From NCBI GenBank assembly GCA_964187785.1, contig OZ076413.1:44456001-44520000 (forward strand): 64,000 bases of DNA. Reading direction: 5' to 3'. Below the pieces are notes generated by a model that did no database searches, was not told the DNA's origin, and worked only from the letters and a program-made list of their open reading frames with translations. Shown one piece after another: positions 37,001 to 49,700 of the stretch. The first letter of the stretch is position 1; each line of letters opens with the position of its first letter. The translations under genes were made by a program, and so were the position numbers. Source of the stretch: Amphiscolops sp. MND2022. Lineage: Eukaryota.

Positions 37001-40000
37001 GAGTTGTGAGTGTTTCCTGTTGAACAACGCATTTCAAAGGAAATAATGGCAAACATTTCTGTAAATACAAGTAAAAAGTTTTTCTAACGTTGTTAGCTTT
37101 CTCGGTTTCTTGGTCTTCTGTGGCTTTGGACCTTTCCGTCAAGAGAGCTGAAGCTTGTTTCAGAAGGACGTTGAGTGCCCTGGAAAATTCCGAGAGCTTC
37201 TTTTTCACTCTAGCCGCGTCTTCAGTCGCAATATTGGTTGCATGTTTCTTCACAAACTTATCAACTGATTCCTTCACGTAACCAAGATCTATGATTTCCA
37301 TCTCATCGTGGATTACCTAAATGGAAATTGTGTCACTCGGAAGGTTTAAGGAAAAACGGTTTAAGTTGGCGCCCCGCTGAGAACTTGTTTTTGAGAGAAT
37401 TTCAAATCTCACAGTACCAAATAAACCAAAAGGGGGGCCCTTTAGGCTCTTTTCTTTCACATGCCGTTAGAAAACTATTATAATTCTCGAGGTGGAACAG
37501 AAAAAAAATTGACGAAAAATCAGAGGGAAGGGTTTCGTTAAAAAATGAAACACTCATGTCACCTAATCAAAGGATGATCCTTTGGATGTGTTTTAGATGG
37601 ATTTAGATACACCAAAATATGGAACAAAAAACAACGCTACAGTGGGCAGATGGAGAGAAAAACTAGTCACTGCAATGGTCCGCTTCATTTCGCGCCAACT
37701 AAAACTAAATTAGAGATAAAATATTTTTGCACACAACCGGGGGGCCTCAATTCTTGTCAATTGATTGCTTGCCAGAGGAAATGACTTCTAACCAAGAGGT
37801 TGTTGGCAAAAACATTGCTCTTCAAACACTTATTTTTCAATTCTTCTCAACAAACGTCGGAAATTTAGGAAAACTTGTTAGAACAAAAATTCACAAAACT
37901 GTTCCACTTGATTGCATCTATAGTTGTTGCTATCCCTTGTTGAAACTGCTTGAACTTTTTGCATGTACTTTAAACAGGATTCCGTCAGAAACACTCTTGT
38001 ACATACGCCATTTCGCATATCACAACTTATGCGACAAGCGATTGATAAAGAGGACCAATATTTGAACTGCTGGAAAGTTATTTAAGAAGTCGGTGCCAGT
38101 ACGTCGAAAATGATGGACGAAATTCTAATCATCAAAAAATAACAAGACGGGAACGTCTAAAGTCGGCGCTATATCTAAGGCTCAAGAAGCGCAAAGTTTT
38201 CTAAATATGCTCAGGACGTATTCATGAAAAGCTTTGAAAACACTTTCGAGACACCCAAAGTGTGCCTTTCATGCTCGATATGACTGGAAAATGACTGTTT
38301 CCCGACTGGGAACAAAATAAAATTTGAAAATTTTTTTGAAAATTTTTTTTTTGAAAAAACTTCGAAAATGTCGCATAGTGCCGAAAAATGAAAAAGGGGG
38401 ACCCTTTGGGATTTATTAACATACATTTTGTTGCAAAATATCAAAAAACTCGAAGGGGGGACTCTTTTGAGACCTTAAAAAATTTTCGAAAAAAATTTCG
38501 CACAGTGCCGAAAAAAAATAAGGGGACCCTTTGGTCTCTTCCGGTTTTGTAGGTTACGTAAAAGGTAAAAAATGAAAGGGGGACCCTTTTGCACTAATTT
38601 CCGCTGACCGGACTTGGCCTCTTATGCTAGTAGTTTTAGTAGTTTCGACTGTAAGAAAAGTGGCCCAATCGAAGTGAGATTGTAGTCTGACGAAAAAAAA
38701 ACAAGACGGCAACGTCCCAAGTCGGCGCCATATCTAAGGCTCAAAAATATTCAAGGAACAATTATTGGAAACATTTGGAAAATATTTTTTCAAAAAAAGA
38801 GTATTTTTAAAAAAGTCGCACAAGGCCGAAAAACTCAAAAAGAGGCCATTTAGGCTCATTAAACGTTTTTACAAACCAAAAACTTCAAAAAATGCAAGGG
38901 GGTACCCTTTGATAGAATTCGAAAATTTTCGAAAAAAAAGTCGCATAGTGCCGAAATAACCCAAAAGGGGGACGGACCCTTTGGTCTCGCCTCTACTTTT
39001 GGAAGCATAAAAAATTTGTGGTTTAGTGCGAGAATCGAACCAACGATTTCCTGCTTCTCAGAAAATTAGTTAACAAATGAACAAAAGATTCTAAAAAAGT
39101 GGACCATTCAGAGTGAGACTGTCAGCTGAAAAAGAAACAAGACGGGAACGTCCCAAGTCGGCGCCATATCTTAGGCTCAAAAATATTCAAGGAACAACTA
39201 TTGGAAACATTTGGAAAAATTATTTTTTTCAAAAAAAATTTGAAATTTTTTTTTCGAAAAAAAGTATTTTTTTAGAAAGTCGCACAATGCCGAAAAACTC
39301 AAAAAGAGGCCATTCAGGCTCATTAAACGTTTTTACAAACCGAAAACTTCAAAAAAAATGCAATTGATAGATTCCGAAAATTTTCGAAAAAAAAGTCGCA
39401 TAGTGCCGAAAGAAACGAAAAAAATCAAACGAAACGAAACAAAGCTTTGGTCTCGCATCTACTTTTGGAAGCATAAAAAATTTGTGGTTTAGTGCGAGAA
39501 TCGAACCCACGATCCCCTGCTTCTCAGAAAATTAGTTGAACAAATGTGAACAAATGTGAACAAAGATTGTAAGAAAAGTGGACCACTCAGAGTGAGATTG
39601 TCAACTGAAAAAAAAAAAAAAAACTACTCACTGTAAGAGTCGGGCTTTTTTCCTTAAGGGAAAAGGCGCCGACTAAAAACAAGACGGGAACGTCCCAAGT
39701 CGGCGCCATATCTTAGGCTCAAAAATATTCAAGGAACAACTATTGGAAACATTTGGAAAAATTATTTTTTTTCAAAAAAAAATTTGAAATTTTTTTTTTC
39801 GAAAAAAGTATTTTTTTAGAAAGTCGCACAATGCCGAAAAACTCAAAAAGAGGCCATTCAGGCTCATTAAACGTTTTTACAAACCGAAAACTTCAAAAAA
39901 AATGCAATTGATAGATTCCGAAAATTTTCGAAAAAAAAGTCGCATAGTGCCGAAAAAAACGAAAAAAATCAAACGAAACGAAACAAAGCTTTGGTCTCGC

Positions 40001-41482
40001 ATCTACTTTTGGAAGCATAAAAAATTTGTGGTTTAGTGCGAGAATCGAACCCACGATCCCCTGCTTCTCAGAAAGTTAGTTGAACAAATGTGAACAAATG
40101 TGAACAAAGATTGTAAGAAAAGTGGACCACTCAGAGTGAGATTGTCAACTGAAAAAAACAAAAAAAAAAAACTACTCACTGTAAGAGTCGGGCTTTTTTC
40201 CTTAAGGGAAAAGGCGCCGACTAAAAACTAGCCACTGTAAGAGTCGGGCACTTTTCCCTAGAAAAGCGCCGACTAAAAATGAAAGGGGGGACCCTTTGCA
40301 CTAAGTTTCCATGGGCCTGACTTGGCCTGAGTAGTCTTATCAGTTTCTGTAAAAAGTGGTACATACGCGATGAGCTCTGTGGTCTGACGAAAAAAAAGAA
40401 AAAAAACTAGCCACTGTAATAGTCGGGCTTGTTTCCTTAAAGGAAAAGGCGCCGACTAAAAACAGGTGTTCCCCAAGTCTCAGTAATTGGACCTTTACGT
40501 CAGTGATCGTGTCGGTAATGTAGTGGAATTTGTTTTTAAATTTAATTGCAGGAGTTGAAAATGCAGTGTAATTGTACATGATTTACCACCTGAAGTTCGC
40601 TGAATTTTCTATGTTTTATAAAAAATTACCCTGCATGCAGGCCTGCAACATGTAAAAAGTTCCTGCAGTTGCAACTAGGGATGTTAGAAGTTGAGTTGTA
40701 GCTAGCTTTGAGTTAAGTTGTTAGTTAGTAACATAGCTCAATAGTTTCCCCCCTTTCGATTGGAAAGAAAGCCAAAATAATTATGTGGAAAGTTTTGCGG
40801 AAAAATCCACCGAAAATAGCGAACACACGAGACTTCAATTTATTACCACTAATGAATGGACCCTCATTCCTCGAAAGTAAAAGCAAAACGCGAAAACTGG
40901 CTTCATCCAAATTATTCAATGCATAAATATATTTCGAAAAACCTTGTATGACAGCCAGAAACTTGACAAAAATTCATTCTCGATCGTAAAAAACATGCTA
41001 TTTAAGTCGAACGTTCAAAAATTTTGCATGAACTTCCTGACGATAGATTGTACCATTTTTAAAGTCTTGTGCCCAGCGGAATGATACAATACTGATAACC
41101 TTGGAGGATTCATTACCATACAAATACAAACTTCTTCAAACATTACTCGAATGGAAATTGTACTTATGCTTATTTTTCATCCATCACTAATCGCTCAATG
41201 GTTCAAACTAAATAAGTTTAAACTAAATGATTCCATTCAATTTTCTTTCGATTTACGTTAATGGAATTATTGAGGATCATAGTAAACCTGAAACGGTTCA
41301 TGTAAACCACTGGCTATTTCAAGGTGTTTCAAAACAAGTTACCTGTGTGATTTTGAATGTTGCATCGATGTTTGTGTCTAAACTTGGAAGGGTGTCCAAA
41401 GTTTCTTTTATGGTCTCGAACCACGTCAGAACAACTTCAAGACGACTCAGTAAGACAGATATTGTTTCAGACTTGACTTGTT
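28035..41482 (-). CDS. 3' exons of a spectraplakin-like gene (spectrin-repeat-like rod and short tail)
   Basis: GT-AG, phase-consistent exons 41343-41482, 37089-37316, 36885-37016, 35753-36649, 33078-33332, 32742-32914, 32462-32606, 32137-32361, 31443-31716, 30628-30958 (donor tentative), 30104-30275, 29566-29773, 29040-29239, 28035-28166. Helix-A Trp motifs (VLTWFE, VSLWVR, FHWIT, VFEWFE, VSVWLK). AATAAA follows the stop. Confidence 0.8.
34042..34356. mobile_element. Short HINE-like element (opposite orientation)
   Basis: AACAAGACGGGAACGTCTAAAGTCGGCGC ... AGCGCCGACTAAAAA termini. Confidence 0.8.
35305..35450. repeat. Short tandem repeat, ~52-bp period, ~3 diverged copies
   Basis: CGAAAGCATAATTAC at 35355 and 35407; GCTTCATCTCAAT recurs. 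Confidence 0.65.
38141..40461. mobile_element. Nested and head-to-tail tandem HINE-like cluster in an intron
   Basis: Four AACAAGACGG ends (38141, 38700, 39137, 39679) and four GCGCCGACTAAAAA ends (~39679, ~40227, ~40279, ~40461). Units 39137-39679 and 39679-40227 are near-identical. Confidence 0.85.
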
Positions 41483-41755
41483 CTGCAAACGACACATGGA
41501 TTCAAAGTTACAAGCATAAAATCCATATCAACAGTGATCAGGGTTGGCTTTTAACCGGATTAAAATGAAAATATTTTTATTGCTTCATTACAATTATTGC
41601 TTAACTCGACAAGACTGGTGAGAAACAACTCAATTGAAACAAAACGTACATCTGAAAACATACTAGAAATTGGATAAGACGCAAATACCTGTGACGACGA
41701 TTGTTTCATTGAAAACAAATATTTTTTGTCCGTCTCAAAATTATGTTTTCTCAGT

Positions 41756-43400
41756 GGCCCAGCACGCTATATCCGAACATTCGACGTTATATCCAAAACA
41801 AATAGTGTATTACTGAGGAGGCACAAGTTCAAAAAAAGCGCTCTCATTTGTCTCAGCATGCTATATCTGAACTTCTGACGTTATGTCCGAAGTAAATTTA
41901 AACTTAAACTTTAGACCCAAAAGGGTCCCCCTTAGCGTTTTTCGGGTTTTGTAGTTCTTTGACGCTTTGAAGTTCTTTTGCTCTTTTCGAACCTTGAGCT
42001 GTTGATTCGTAGAACAAATACAATAGTGTAAACTTCTACTATTTTTTCAGACACTTGAAATTTAGGTTTGCAAATAATGAAGAAGACACTGATTTCATTT
42101 TTCATTGATTGTATTTTCTACTGAAGGAGCATGTGGGACACCATTTTAGCCAATTTGGTGTCACCTAATCTCCGACTTTCGTCTATTTGACAGGTACGTC
42201 TTCATCTGAAGACATTCAGCTGTTTTGCATCATGAAAAATTGTATCATCTATTTTTGCAAAGGGGTTTTCTACTCGATCTTAATACATGGGCAAAGCTTT
42301 TTTCACAAAACTAAATAGGATTTTTAAATTAGGGAATTATTTCAAGTAAATTAATATCAACAAAATCTGTTTATTAGGGCGATTTTATCCATCGTCATAA
42401 ACATTCAATTTGTCTTTCCAGTTCCCTGAATGTATGAGAAAAAAGCATGAGATTGAAAAGAATCACCATGCAGAATGCTAGTTTTGTTTACATGCAATCC
42501 AATCTATTTTTTGCAGATGAAGGTTCAGTTTTTCCTTTCACTATTGTGACTCATTCTGTAATGACTGATTTCGATCAATCATGATCTCAATACTTTTAAT
42601 CGATCTGATTATAATCAATTGAATATATTCAACCAACCCTGATAGTAGTTGACGAAACTTACTTGATTTTTTGTCAGTTCGTTTGTCATGGGAAGAAGTC
42701 GAACCACCTGAATTTGTTCGTCTTTTCGCAGGTTTGGCAGTTTCTAAAATTGATATCGTGTATTGATGACGAAATTTCTCTGACTACGCTTGATGGATTG
42801 TTAAAATTCACTCAACCCGATAATTGGTTCAGTTTCGATGTTACGCCATTTCAGATTGCAATCTTCTTGTGATCTTGAGTACAATTTCAAGCCGACCGTC
42901 GCTTGACCACTTGGCTGTAATACTGGTACCACAGCTTGCTACTGGGAGATAGTATTCGGAAAGAGCTACTCCCACGTAGAAAAACCGAATTGTGTAGCTG
43001 AAATTTCTTCTTTATTCCCAAATTTCGACAACTGTTTTCGTCAACTGATTTATAGTTTTTAGTTTTGCGGACATGAGTATCCAAAAAAATTAAACTACAA
43101 AAAATAACTACTTAGCATACTTTTTCTAGTAAAAAACGGGGGGGGGGATGTTCGATAAAAAACAAATTCGAAAAAAATCGCATTGTACCGAAGAAACGCC
43201 GGTTTTTCTAAAAACAAAATTCGGATATAGGGCTATATTTCCGATACAGCGCAATCTCCGCCGCCTTCTTAGTAGACCGCAATAAAATCTGGATATAACG
43301 TCAAAAATTCGGATATATCGCCATATTTTCCCACATCCTTTTTAGTGAAACTCAACTTACTTCGGATATAACGTCAACAATTCGAATATAGCGTGCAGGC
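41756..43400. repeat. Inverted-repeat-bounded element (possible decayed DNA transposon)
   Basis: GGCCCAGCACGCTATATCCGAAC..GACGTTATATCC at 41756 is the near reverse complement of 43361-43400; subterminal copies of the motif; no clear TSD. Confidence 0.5.
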
Positions 43401-43765
43401 CAAATCGTCTTTACCGTGTGAATAATATTTGCTCTATCTGTTCTCCGTAAACGTGGACCGGTCAGAGCTACTGGAGAATAAAACTAGCCACTGTAAGAGT
43501 AGTGCCTTGGTTACTAATTTTCCGAGAATTGTCAAAGAGAGCTCGCTCAAAACTAAGGACAAAGCTCATGTTCAAATCGGCTAAATCCAGTTTTTTCTCA
43601 GCAAGTATTTCTTGCTGCAAAGAATTTTATATGATCTCGTTTAGTTTCTGCTCGTTGGCAATTTCTGAGCAGAAAACGTAGCGCCTAAAAGCATTTGTCT
43701 AGTTTTCGTACTTCTCCAGAATCACTAATTTCTCTTTCAGAACGATGAATGTTGGTAATACGAAC

Positions 43766-46700
43766 CTTGCTGGCGAATTTTTCGATCTTCTAGCTCATCA
43801 TTCAATCTCCTTATTGTCGGTTTCTTTTTAACTGTCTTCGGAATAGGGTTTGCTATTTTTTCCGCAGTCGATTTTTTCTCATCTTTAATAGTTTTGTCCA
43901 CTTTCTTCTGCCCTGAACTTTTGGTGGGTTGCATAAAACCTCTCATTTTGGTCTTCTCAACTTTACTTGCAAGTGACGGCTTGGGTTCAATTTCTACAAT
44001 AGGACTTGGAAGTTTCTGCAGCTTCCGATTCTGTTTTTCTCTCTTCTCTTCAATCTTTACTTCGTCTTTTCTGTTTTCTTTCTTCGCAATATCATCTTTC
44101 CCAGATTTCTTTAACGCTTTCTGATAATCAACTTCATCCATAGCAGAGCAAATAACAGCGACCGGTATTTTCTCAGGTTCCAATGTGTCATAGTTGAACA
44201 AAGCTACTCCAGTCGCGAAGTTTTCTTCGTTTTTGCTTCGGTTTAAGACATCGAGAAATTCTTCAACCGTGATCGAGCCAGAATTCAGTGCTGCCTCAAG
44301 CGGTAAAACGCGCCCCGATTCCGATTGGATGACGAGAACTCTCGACATCGGCTGAGGTGTGAACGCTTTCGGATGCAGCTGCTGCAAACCTCGGATTTCC
44401 GAAGGTTCAATTTTTTGTTTCACGAGGGCTTCTGCTGGCCAGTTGAGATCGTTTTCCGCACAAATTAACAAGCCTGGCGTTTTTTCAGGCTCATTTTGGA
44501 ACGAAGCCAACGTTTCAGTGAATTGAGATTCATCAATCTTTTTACTTTCAAAAGCTCTTTCTAGTGGTTCAATCGCTTTGGCAAATTGGTCGAAAACGCA
44601 TAACCCGCTAGGAGATGACAGTTTAGCACCAGATGATAAAGATACGAGTCCGCCCAAAACGTTTTTACTTGAATCCAATCCTTCAAAATACCTGTCCAAG
44701 TTCGTGAAACTGCGAGTGGCTTCTTCCAAAAGCACAATTTGACCGAGCATTGATTCATGTTTTGCCAGCTTCACTGATAAATTTCGGTATTGATGCCGAT
44801 TCAGAATGTTTTGGTGGTACAGTGATTCAATCGGTACCAATTTTGTGGCATTTTTATTAACTACAGCAATATTTCGAATCAAGGAGTAACTTTCAATCAA
44901 ACGAACATGCTTTCGACAAATAGAATCAATCGTTTGCTCATTGATGAATTCACGATCACAAGCTTCTTGCAAATCAATGAGCAATTTTTCTTGCGGAATC
45001 CAAATTAACATTTTATTCAAATTGTCGAAATCAGGCTCCATTATAGGCCTCAGAGATTCTTGTGCAAATTCGGAGCTGATCAGATCTTTTTGAATCATAC
45101 TAATCAAACTGTGAATTTGCTTTGTACCCACATCAAAAACTTCCAAATTTGGCAATGCAAGTCTCCAAGTTGGGTTGTTCACATTTTCACAAAGTTTGTG
45201 CAGCTCCGCTTCGGATATTAAGTTCTCGTTCAGCGCTCGAGAAGGTGTGAATGACGTCATTAGCTGTTTAACCGGGAGTACGACTCTTGTGAGTTGACTC
45301 GGCTCCGATTGCATCTTGCTGATCAAGTTGTCGCACATCGCTGAAGGTATGACGTCATTTTTGACCGCTTCGGGTAAACCGACGATTCCTCCTGATTGCC
45401 AATCGTAGATTTTCAACTCTGCTTTGTCCATGGGCTCAAACTCTTTCGGAAATTTGTTATGTAATTGGGATATTGTAACATGGTCCAATTTTTGTTCCAA
45501 CGTTTCGATGTCACTGGCATTTATCAAACGATTTTCTTTAGTAACTATGAACAATCTGGCTGTAATATGAGCTTTTTCGTTTTCGGTCTTCAAAATTTCA
45601 TTGAAACAGTCTTCATTTATTCGACCCGAGTTGAAAGCAAGTTCGGGAGTAAATGCTTCAAACTTTTGGTCATTCAAACTTATGATCCTTGCAGTTGTTT
45701 TTCGAATGCTCTCCAATCCACGATGACTCGTGACATATTTGTCAAATTTCTCTTTTGAAATCAATTCTTCAGTCAAAGCCTCTTTCAACGAAATCAAAGT
45801 TGGTGATTCTTGCTTCAAAAACATCACTTTCGTCACATTTGCAGAATCTTTTTCAAGAAGTTGCGCAATATGATCGAAAATTGAGATGGGTAGTAAGTTT
45901 GTCTGAACGCATTTCTCCAAGCTTTGAAGACGCTCAGTGTCAATTTTATACAAAACTGACATCCCTGTAGGGAACACAAACTCCAAAGCATTCTTTTGGC
46001 TAGAAATTAACTCTTCATATACGCTGGCGTCAATTAAACCCAATCTAGACGCCTCCATGGGGTTATAAACTTGTTTTTGCTTTTCTGAATAGATCATCAA
46101 CTTTCTCAGTTTATGGGGCTCGAAACGGCATTGCTTTTTAATCTGGTCCACAAGTCTCGTAGACATTCCAAGCTCTGGGCCAGCTTCAAAAATTCGGGCA
46201 ACTTTTCCGGACTCAATGCATAAAATGTACATTTCCAATTCTGCAGCCAGAGATAAAGCTTCAGGATGAGAGCTGGCAACTCTTTTATAAACATCGCTGC
46301 TGATTATTCCTCTTTCCAAAGCCTCGTCGATTGTGACTGGACCTTGGAAAGTTCTTGAATCTTCTGGAAGAACCAGACACTTCTGATATACAGCCGGGTT
46401 TTCCCGTACTTGTTCCAGTATTTCAAGATACATTTCATACGAGAGTAGCTTCATAGACAAGCAGTCTTCCAACGAAACCAAGCTCGTGAATGGGTACAAA
46501 AGAACGGACAAGCCACTCGTTTTGATTGGCTGAGTAAATCCTTGATGTTTCTGTAGCAAACTTTGATGCAATGTTTGGTCAATGAGTCTTTTTTCAATAG
46601 CTCTGTCGCAACTAAGCAGCTCGTCTGAATCTGGGAAGTACAGCATCATTTTTCTTAACTCATTTCCTTTTTCACTGAACAATTTCAAAGTTTCCGTATA

Positions 46701-49700
46701 ACATTCCAGAGAAATAATTCCATTCACGACACAATTTTCTAACTTTTCCATTTTCTCGGAATCGAAATCAAGCACAATGATTCCGGTGCTTTTGATTGGC
46801 TGCAACAGATGCGGACTTTCCAGCAAAAGATAATCAAAACTTTCCATATCCATCACTTCCAAATCAACGGCCATCAGAGGTGTGAAAATATCTCCGGTTG
46901 TTTCATCGAGAACCAACAGTTTAGTCACCAGTTCAGGTTCTTGTTTCATTTTTTCCACGATTGCGAGAAATGCTTTCATTGGCAAAACTCGTTCATGCAG
47001 GGCCTCGAAAAGAGACATGATTATTTTGGAAAGTGAAAGCCATACAAATAAACCTGTTTCCTTGAATGGAATCTTCAACCTCGCATCCACTTCACATAAA
47101 GCTTCCAACTGTATTCTAGTTAAAAATTCGTTTTCCACAGCTTCCAGTGGCAACACAGCGTCCAAAACTGCATCTTGGATGATTAATGTTCTAGGAAAAA
47201 CTTCTGGCTCGTTTTCCAAATGTTCAATTAGCAGAGCCACATTTTCAGGAAGTAAACGTCCGTTGACTACAGCCTCGTTCAAGGTCATTTCGGAGTTCGA
47301 TTCAAGGTCAAAGAATAGGATTCCGGGGTCAGGGACGAATTCAAGGAACATCGTATTGGCGTTACCGAATTCCAGTAACATTTCACCGGAAATCGTTTCC
47401 CGCAAAACCGCTTCATAGGTAGTGCACACTGACTGAGACTCTTCAAGGTAAATCAAAACTTTGGTCAGGTATTGGCCGCGATCGTGGAACGCGTATTTTG
47501 TGTCTTGGTATGTCTGGAACGACAGTAAATTAGTCTGGTATGATTCATCCAGAGATATGATTTTGTTCTCACTCTCAATGTAGAGATAGAAAATCGATTC
47601 TTCACATTCATCTGTATTTAAACCGCTTAAATCTAAGCTCGTTATGATCTTTTCCTCAAGGGCAGTGCTTTGGTTGTAAAGCTTCTCTGTTTTCGTGTTA
47701 TAGACCACCAAGGTCTCGATTTCGTCCGTCATGAGAGTGAACTCGATAAAACTTCTCAACCTTACCTCTCGAGAAACCAATCGATCTTTGAGAAGTTTCT
47801 TTCCTTGTCTCGGAATGAAACAGTTGATATCTGAGTACTTGTATTTTGTGAGTAAGCTTGGATCTAATGTTTCCAAATATGCCAAAGTTATCAGTTTATC
47901 CAAAACTGCTTCTTTTATTTCATGCAAACACATGTTTTCAGAATCCATCACCAGAAACGAAGGTGTTTGCAAAGGACACTCGCTCAAGTTGGCCAGAATT
48001 TCAGCAAAATCAATTGGGGTCACGAGGTCATCAATGAAACATTCATCAAGAGAGGTCAAATAACCGTCCTCAGAGCAAATCGTGATTCCAGTGGGCATCA
48101 GAGGCAAAAAACATTGTATGTTTTCATTTTTCAAGTTTTCGTAAACACTGGGCTCTATCATCTTGTCGAAATGAGCCGTTATGGGAGAGGCTAAACCCGA
48201 GTCTTCTAGCAGAACCAGAAGTCGTGGAACGCTCATTGGGCTGGAACTGGAAACTGTGCACAGAGCATCGTATGTTTCAAAGTTTATGAAACCGAGATTC
48301 AACGCTTCGCCTAGTGAAAAAATTTCACCTGTGTTAGGATTCAAAATTTCTATGTTTGGAGGTGCCACTTTTTCGAAGGATTCTGTTGATGTCAAGAAAA
48401 GTGAATCGAAGACTTTTCGAGAAATCAGTTCTGTTTCCAGGGCGAGATGAGGAGCCAGCAACACCCCATTGCTTCTGTCGACAGCAAAAATTTTCGAAGT
48501 GATGCCAGATTTCTGACAGCAGACTTCAATCACTTCCCTGGTTTGTTCAAATGATAATATTCCAGATTCGAAACTGGCCACTAAATCCAACTGAGTCACC
48601 AACAAGGGGTCATAAATCTGAATTTCCTTTAAACTGCATGTTTTCGGCAGCGTCATCGTGAGTTTGTCGTAACGTGTGTCACTTAGCATCCCCAGAGCCA
48701 AGCATTCCGGAAGTGAAGTCCAAGCATTTCCAGCTTTCTGGTTTTGCATGAAAATGCTATCTCGCAGCACTTTCTGTCTCAGCTCACAAAATTTCTCGAA
48801 TTGAACCCATTTTTGTTTAACAGCATCTTCAATGTTCGCAAATTCGGCAAGTTTTTCATTGTAGACAAGCATCAACCCAGCTTTGTTAGGGTTCAAGCAA
48901 GCACGAGACATAAACTCTTCGAAACTCGCCTCAGCCTCCGAGTGTTTTCCATCTAAAAACTTTTCCAATGTCTTTGGACTCTCTTCGCCTTCACATACAA
49001 ACACGAAGACCGAGATTCTAAGTAAAATATCTTCAGGTAGAGTTTTGGAAACTTCCAGTTTGTCAGAGTGTGGGTTATAAATTTTAATGACGTCATTCTG
49101 TGCTAGCAACCCAAAAAGTCTAACTTTTGACAGAAACTTTAAAAGCTCCATTTTCAACTCATTTATCGGCACATTGGAATTTTCTTCAGATGTTGATTCA
49201 TTGTCAGGAATGTTTTCAATTTCCACGTGGGTTGAAACTTCTTCAATGTAGTTCCTCAGAATCCCAAGTTGTTCAGTTATTAGAGCGTCTCGCTCCTCGA
49301 TTGTTATGAGCTTTTTGGCCAGCGCGTCTTTTACTGACAAACAAGTGCCGGTTTCTTTCACAACAATTTTGTAAGCTCCTGGTATCTGGTGCGCTGATTT
49401 CGAAACATTGGACTGAGAGAGTCCAAACCGATGTGTTGCAAAGTCAAAAGTAGAAGGAAAAACAATTTCATTCAAATCTATGCTGTCAAAAACTATCTCT
49501 ATGTTCGCAAAACCTTCCAAAACTCCCAGGTTGCTTTCACTTTTGAATAACGATTGGTTTTCTCTGCTCCTAACTTGCAAAAGATTCCCCGAACTCTTCG
49601 ATTTCCGAGCAACATTCAGTTGGGTCTCCTCAAAATCGGTGAGAGGAATATCTCGACCAGAAACAGGATCATAGAGAGAAACTAGTCCTGGTACAAAAAT

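Noticed and set aside
37727..38065. Possible extra exon or ORF in the intron
   Set aside because: All minus-strand frames contain stops, and the 41343 to 37316 junction is already phase-consistent.
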